DNA of 64,000 bases from Antechinus flavipes (taxonomy: Eukaryota). The stretch is taken from contig NC_067403.1 in the NCBI RefSeq assembly GCF_016432865.1, positions 262,756,001 to 262,820,000 of the forward strand, in the 5' to 3' direction. The first letter of the stretch is position 1, and each line of letters begins with the position of its first letter. Shown here piece after piece: positions 59,941 to 64,000 of the stretch. The notes beneath the pieces were generated by a model, which saw only the letters and a program-made list of their open reading frames with translations, was not told where the DNA came from and did no database searches. The translations under genes were made by a program, and so were the position numbers.

Positions 59941-60441
59941 GTGAGCGCTACTTCCGGGGCAGAGCCAGGCTGAGGTGGAGCTCTGGCCTGGGGGCGGGGC
60001 CATGGGACAGGGCTCTGGGTTGTGGGCGGAGCTCCAGGGCGTGGGGGGGGGGGTTCCAGGTTGCGGGTGGAGATGTGGGGCGGGGCTCTGGGTTGTGGGC
60101 GGAGCTAGGGAGGGGCTGGCAGGGCTAGGGAGGAAGGGAAGGTTTCCAGGCTCCTCCCCCGGCCTTTCGGGGCGGGGCCGCCCCCGCTGGCCCCAGCTGT
60201 CTGTGAGACCTTGGGCCCCGAGTCTCTCCGTCTGTAACACGGACTCGGCCTCGGTGCCCCCGCAGCCCCCCCTTCGGGCCCCTGCCCTTGCTCTCCTTCC
60301 CCAGGTTTCCTTGTCTGTGCTCGGGCTGCAGGGGTCCCAGGGCTGGGGGGAACATCCCCCCTCAGGGCACTTTGTGCGGCTTCCTGGGCTTTGGGGGGGG
60401 GGCAGAGGGAGTCCTGACCCGTCCCATGGGGCCCTCTGCAG

Positions 60442-61462
60442 GTTTGTGAAGGACCGGCGCCCGTCCATCTCCCCCAACTTCAACTTCCTGGGCCAGCTGC
60501 TGGAATACGAGCGCAGCCTGAAGCTGCTGAAGGCCTTGAAGGCCGAAGGCGAGCCCGCGGCCCCGGGGCCGGCCGAGCCCCCGCCCGCCCCAGCCCCGCC
60601 GTTGCCGCCGCCGCCGCCATCTACCTCAGAGCCCAGCGGGGAAGGCAGCCCCCTGGCGCCCGCCGCCAAGCCCCTGTGTGCCAGCGCTCTCCAGCAGGGC
60701 CTGCGCGGCCTCCACCTGTCCTCCGAGCGCATCCAGGACACCAACCGCCTCAAGCGCTCCTTCTCCCTGGACATCAAGTCGGCGTACGCCCCCAGCAGGC
60801 GGCCCGAGGCCCCGGGACCCCCCGACCCGGGCGAAGCCCCCAAGCTCTGCAAGCTGGACAGCCCGTCCGGGGCGTCCTCCAGCCCGGACAGTCCCGACCG
60901 GCCGGGAGCCGGGGCCGAGCTGCCCCCCGAGGTCAAGCCCCGCTTGAGGAGGAAGCACAGGCATTCAGCCACGTCCCCGGGCCACGGCCTCAGCCTGAAC
61001 TTCGCCGCTACTCCCAAGTCGGGACCGGTGTCCGGCGCAGGGGAGGACAGCAGGCTCGGCCTCTCTGTCCACGGCCTACCCGGCCCCGGCCCGGGCGGCT
61101 GGGCCTTGCCCCTGGACTCCCCCGGGACGCCCTCCCCTGAGGGCCCCTGGTACTTGAACCCAGAGGGGGCCGGGGGCAACGGGGGGCCCCCGGCCCTCTT
61201 CCCCTCGGCGGCCTCCTTCGGCCTGGCGGGCCTCCAGGGCGGTGGCGCCGCGGACCTGAGACTGAGGGACAAGGCCCGAGCGGAGCCCCGGGACGGCAGG
61301 CACAGCTGGCACGAGGACCCGGGGCCCGACAAGGCCTTCAAGCGCAGGAGCTGCCAGATGGAGTTTGAGGAGGGCATGGAGGGCCGGGCGCGGGAGGACC
61401 TCGGGAACATCGGCAAGCAGGCCAGCTTCTCAGGAAGCATGGAGATCATCGAGGTGTCCTGA
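60442..61462 (+). CDS. DUSP8: DUSP8 last coding exon (end of the phosphatase domain and Pro-rich C-terminus)
   Basis: FVKDRRPSISPNFNFLGQLLEYE...KRRSCQMEFEEG...SFSGSMEIIEVS*. The six exons total 1842 nt = 613 aa plus stop. Confidence 0.97.
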
Positions 61463-63212
61463 CAGCTACGGGCAGGGGGGCCGAGGTGGGGGGTGGGCGG
61501 GGCGGGGGGAGGGGTTATTTATGAGTCGGGCGGGCTGTGCCCGGAGCACCCCGCCTTCGGAGGAGCCGCTCAGGGCCTCCCCTGTGGCCTCCCGTGGCCT
61601 GCCTCCGGGCAGGTGGGTCCTCCAGGGGGCGTGTGGGCTAGGAAGGCCGAGGAGGGCCCCTCGCCGCCACGGGCGCCCCGGGACGGCCGCCGGGGGCTTT
61701 TTTATTTATTGAAGCTGTTCATTCTGGCAATGACTCGCCGCTCACAGGGCCCCGCGCCCTGTTTTTACTGTACGGTATTTAAATCGAAACACACGTTTCT
61801 AAGCAATACGAGGCCGCCACCTGGTTCCCTTTGGTAGCACCTGGGGCAGAAGGCACATGGGGCCCAGCTCCCCAGAACCCCCCCCCCCCAGAGGCTGCTT
61901 TCATGCACTTTTTACATAAGAAAAAGGAAAAAGGAAAAAAAATCTTGCCACAAACTGAGCCGCGGAACCTCCCGCTCCCCCCACCCAACCCCGTACCTCC
62001 CTGCCGTCTTTCCTTCTCCCCTCCATCTTTTTTGCCGTCAGGCTGTAGCAGAGCCCAGGCCCGGCACGCGGGCAGGCCCAGGGGCCGCAGGAGGGGGAAG
62101 GGGGGCGCCGGGGGCGTTAGCCCAGGTGACAGGTGGGAAGCCCTGGGGGGGCAATGCTGGGGGGTGGTGGTTCCTGAGCCCCCGGGGCCCCTCCTGTTTC
62201 AGGCCTGGAGTGGGGCTGCTGAGTGTGAGTGTGAGTGTGTGAGTGTGAGTGAGAGTGAGTGTGTGAGACAAGGCCGGCCCAGGGCTCCCTCTTCTGCTCT
62301 GTCTCTCCCCCCACCCCCCCAGCCAGCCCAGCAGCCTTTGGGAAGGACTGATCTCAGGTTTACATGGGGGGGGGCAGGCAGCTGCTCCTGGGCTGCTCTC
62401 CCACCGACACACTGGTTGGGCCCCTCCTCACCCCCCTCCGCCCTCCTTCCCCCTCCCGGGCCACAGGCTGGGGACAGTGTCTCCCCGTGTTCTCTGCCCC
62501 CCGCCGCATGGAAGTCTCTCTGCTCCTCTGCAGAGCCCCGGCCCTTCCCCCAGCTGGCTCTCAGCCGTCGGGGGCGGTCCGGGAGAGCCCCCCCCTGCCG
62601 TGTGACCCTAAGGAAAGCGTTTCCTCTCCCCGGAGCCTCAGTTTCCTTATCTCTGAAAGGAGAGTTTGGAGCTTCTGGCCTCTGGACCTGTAGTGCTTGG
62701 GGTTGGAGGTCTCAGTGGACCCTGGCTGTGAAGGGAGAAGGGTACTCTTGGACTGTGGAGGGAAGGAGGCTTCCAGACTCCCCGGCCTCTCTCCCTTGCC
62801 AGGACTGTGCTCAGAGGGATCCAGCAGGTGCCGGGGTCCGGCTCCCGGCCCGCTTTGGCCCTTCCCCCCACTTCTTGTTCTGTGTGCCCGGTAGTTCCGG
62901 GAGTCCCTGCCCCGTGGTGATGGGCAGCCGGGAGCGGGCCCCTCATGGCCCTCCCGGGTGGGGCTGGAGAACAGCGGGGTGGGGCGGGCGTGGCCTCGGC
63001 TCTGGGGGCCTCCCGGGCGGCGGGCTCTTCTGCTCCCCATGGAGGGCATTCTCCCACGGAGGGCGTTCTCCCGCGGCCTCCTCTGCCCGTCCCTCTGCTG
63101 GCTCCTCTCCCAGCTCATCCCACCCGGCTCCCCCTTTCCTCCATCTCTTCCCCCTGTAACTGTCCCTGCCCCCTTCTTTCACTCCCCCCCAGTCTCGCTC
63201 CCAGATAAGAAG

Positions 63213-63220
63213 ATAAGCTA
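63213..63220 (+). promoter_or_regulatory. miR-21 8-mer seed match (ATAAGCTA) in the DUSP8 3'UTR
   Basis: GATAAGCTA complements miR-21-5p nt 1-9 (UAGCUUAUC) and lies next to an AU-rich block at 63258-63295. Confidence 0.6.
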
Positions 63221-63902
63221 TCATGGTTGTATTTGCAATCCACGGATTAGAGAATTAAGTATTTATTATTAATTATTATTAATTATGTAAATTTGCCTCC
63301 TGATCTTTGTTGACTTGAGTTTCTCGGGCCCCGGCCCCTCCCATCTTGTCCCCCTTCTCTCCCCGAGGTCCCCTCCCCCCTCTGAGCCACTGCCTTGTGG
63401 CCAGATCCCCTCGGTCCGGCGCTTGGAGACTGGCGCTGTCCCTCTCCCAGGCTGGGGAGCTCTGAGGGCAGAGCTGGCCGAGGGGGCGGTGCCAGGGACC
63501 TGCTCGGGGATCTCTGGGCGGAGAAACGCGAGGCTCCCTGGGGCGGGGGCTGGGGCTTGGCTCCTCATGCCCAGTTCTGGGGGGCTCTGGGCTGGGCCCT
63601 CCCCCTCCTCAGAACCACACCCCCGCCAGCCCCTCTCGTTCCCCCTGGGCTCGCTGCCCTCCCCTCCCACCATGGGCAGCCCAGCCTGGCCCCGGACTCT
63701 TGGGCCTCCTGCCTGAGGGTCCCCGCCCCCTCCAGGTCACGGCTCCCCCCATCCCCTTCCCTCCCCCCAGGTCACGGCTGATTGGGAGGGGCCCGGCTGC
63801 CCCCCCACCTGGTGGAGTTATTTATTAGTACCCGGCGGCGGCCGGCCTTCCCCCTCCCCCACTTTCCGTTCCTTTCTTTTGTATTTGGAGACAACGTGTT
63901 GT

Positions 63903-63908
63903 AATAAA
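63903..63908 (+). terminator. DUSP8 poly(A) signal
   Basis: AATAAA about 2.44 kb after the stop, followed by U-rich sequence. Confidence 0.75.
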
Positions 63909-64000
63909 GACTCCTAGATGTTTCCTCGCGGCCTCAGTTTGCCTTTTTTTTCAGTGGCTGAGTAGAGGGCCCAGTGTCAGGGGTGGGGGGAGGCGGACCC

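Noticed and set aside
43000-63800. Numerous Pro/Gly/Arg-rich ORFs on both strands, including 59935-61449 (-, 504 aa)
   Set aside because: Expected from stop-codon scarcity in very GC-rich DNA. The 504-aa frame is the antisense shadow of the DUSP8 last exon.

Overview
Mammalian genomic DNA, most likely marsupial: it carries CORE-SINEs with RTE-like tails (MAR1-type) and marsupial-style L1 3' ends. The species cannot be fixed from the sequence alone. Positions 1 to about 37.3 kb hold a tandem array of five diverged segmental units. Each unit carries one intronless, + strand ultra-high-sulfur keratin-associated protein gene (KRTAP5 family) with a conserved CCAAT/AP-1/TATA promoter, a 3'UTR with AATAAA, and an ancient L1 ORF2 remnant. 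Individual units have acquired private insertions: three TSD-flanked L1 3' fragments, two solo LTR types, an ERV1 remnant, and a 2.8-kb TSD-flanked ORF1-only L1 chimera with two poly(A) tails (HAL1-like). From about 38.6 kb the DNA becomes very GC-rich. It contains a CpG island with a double-CRE promoter and the complete DUSP8 gene on + (6 coding exons, 613 aa, 2.4-kb 3'UTR). This matches the KRTAP5-DUSP8 adjacency on human 11p15.5. Nine N-runs interrupt the assembly, five of them inside or at the end of KRTAP5 coding regions. A 2121-bp-period duplication at the start looks perfect and may be an assembly artefact. The best candidate for something undescribed is the ORF1-only retroelement at 13653-16443.
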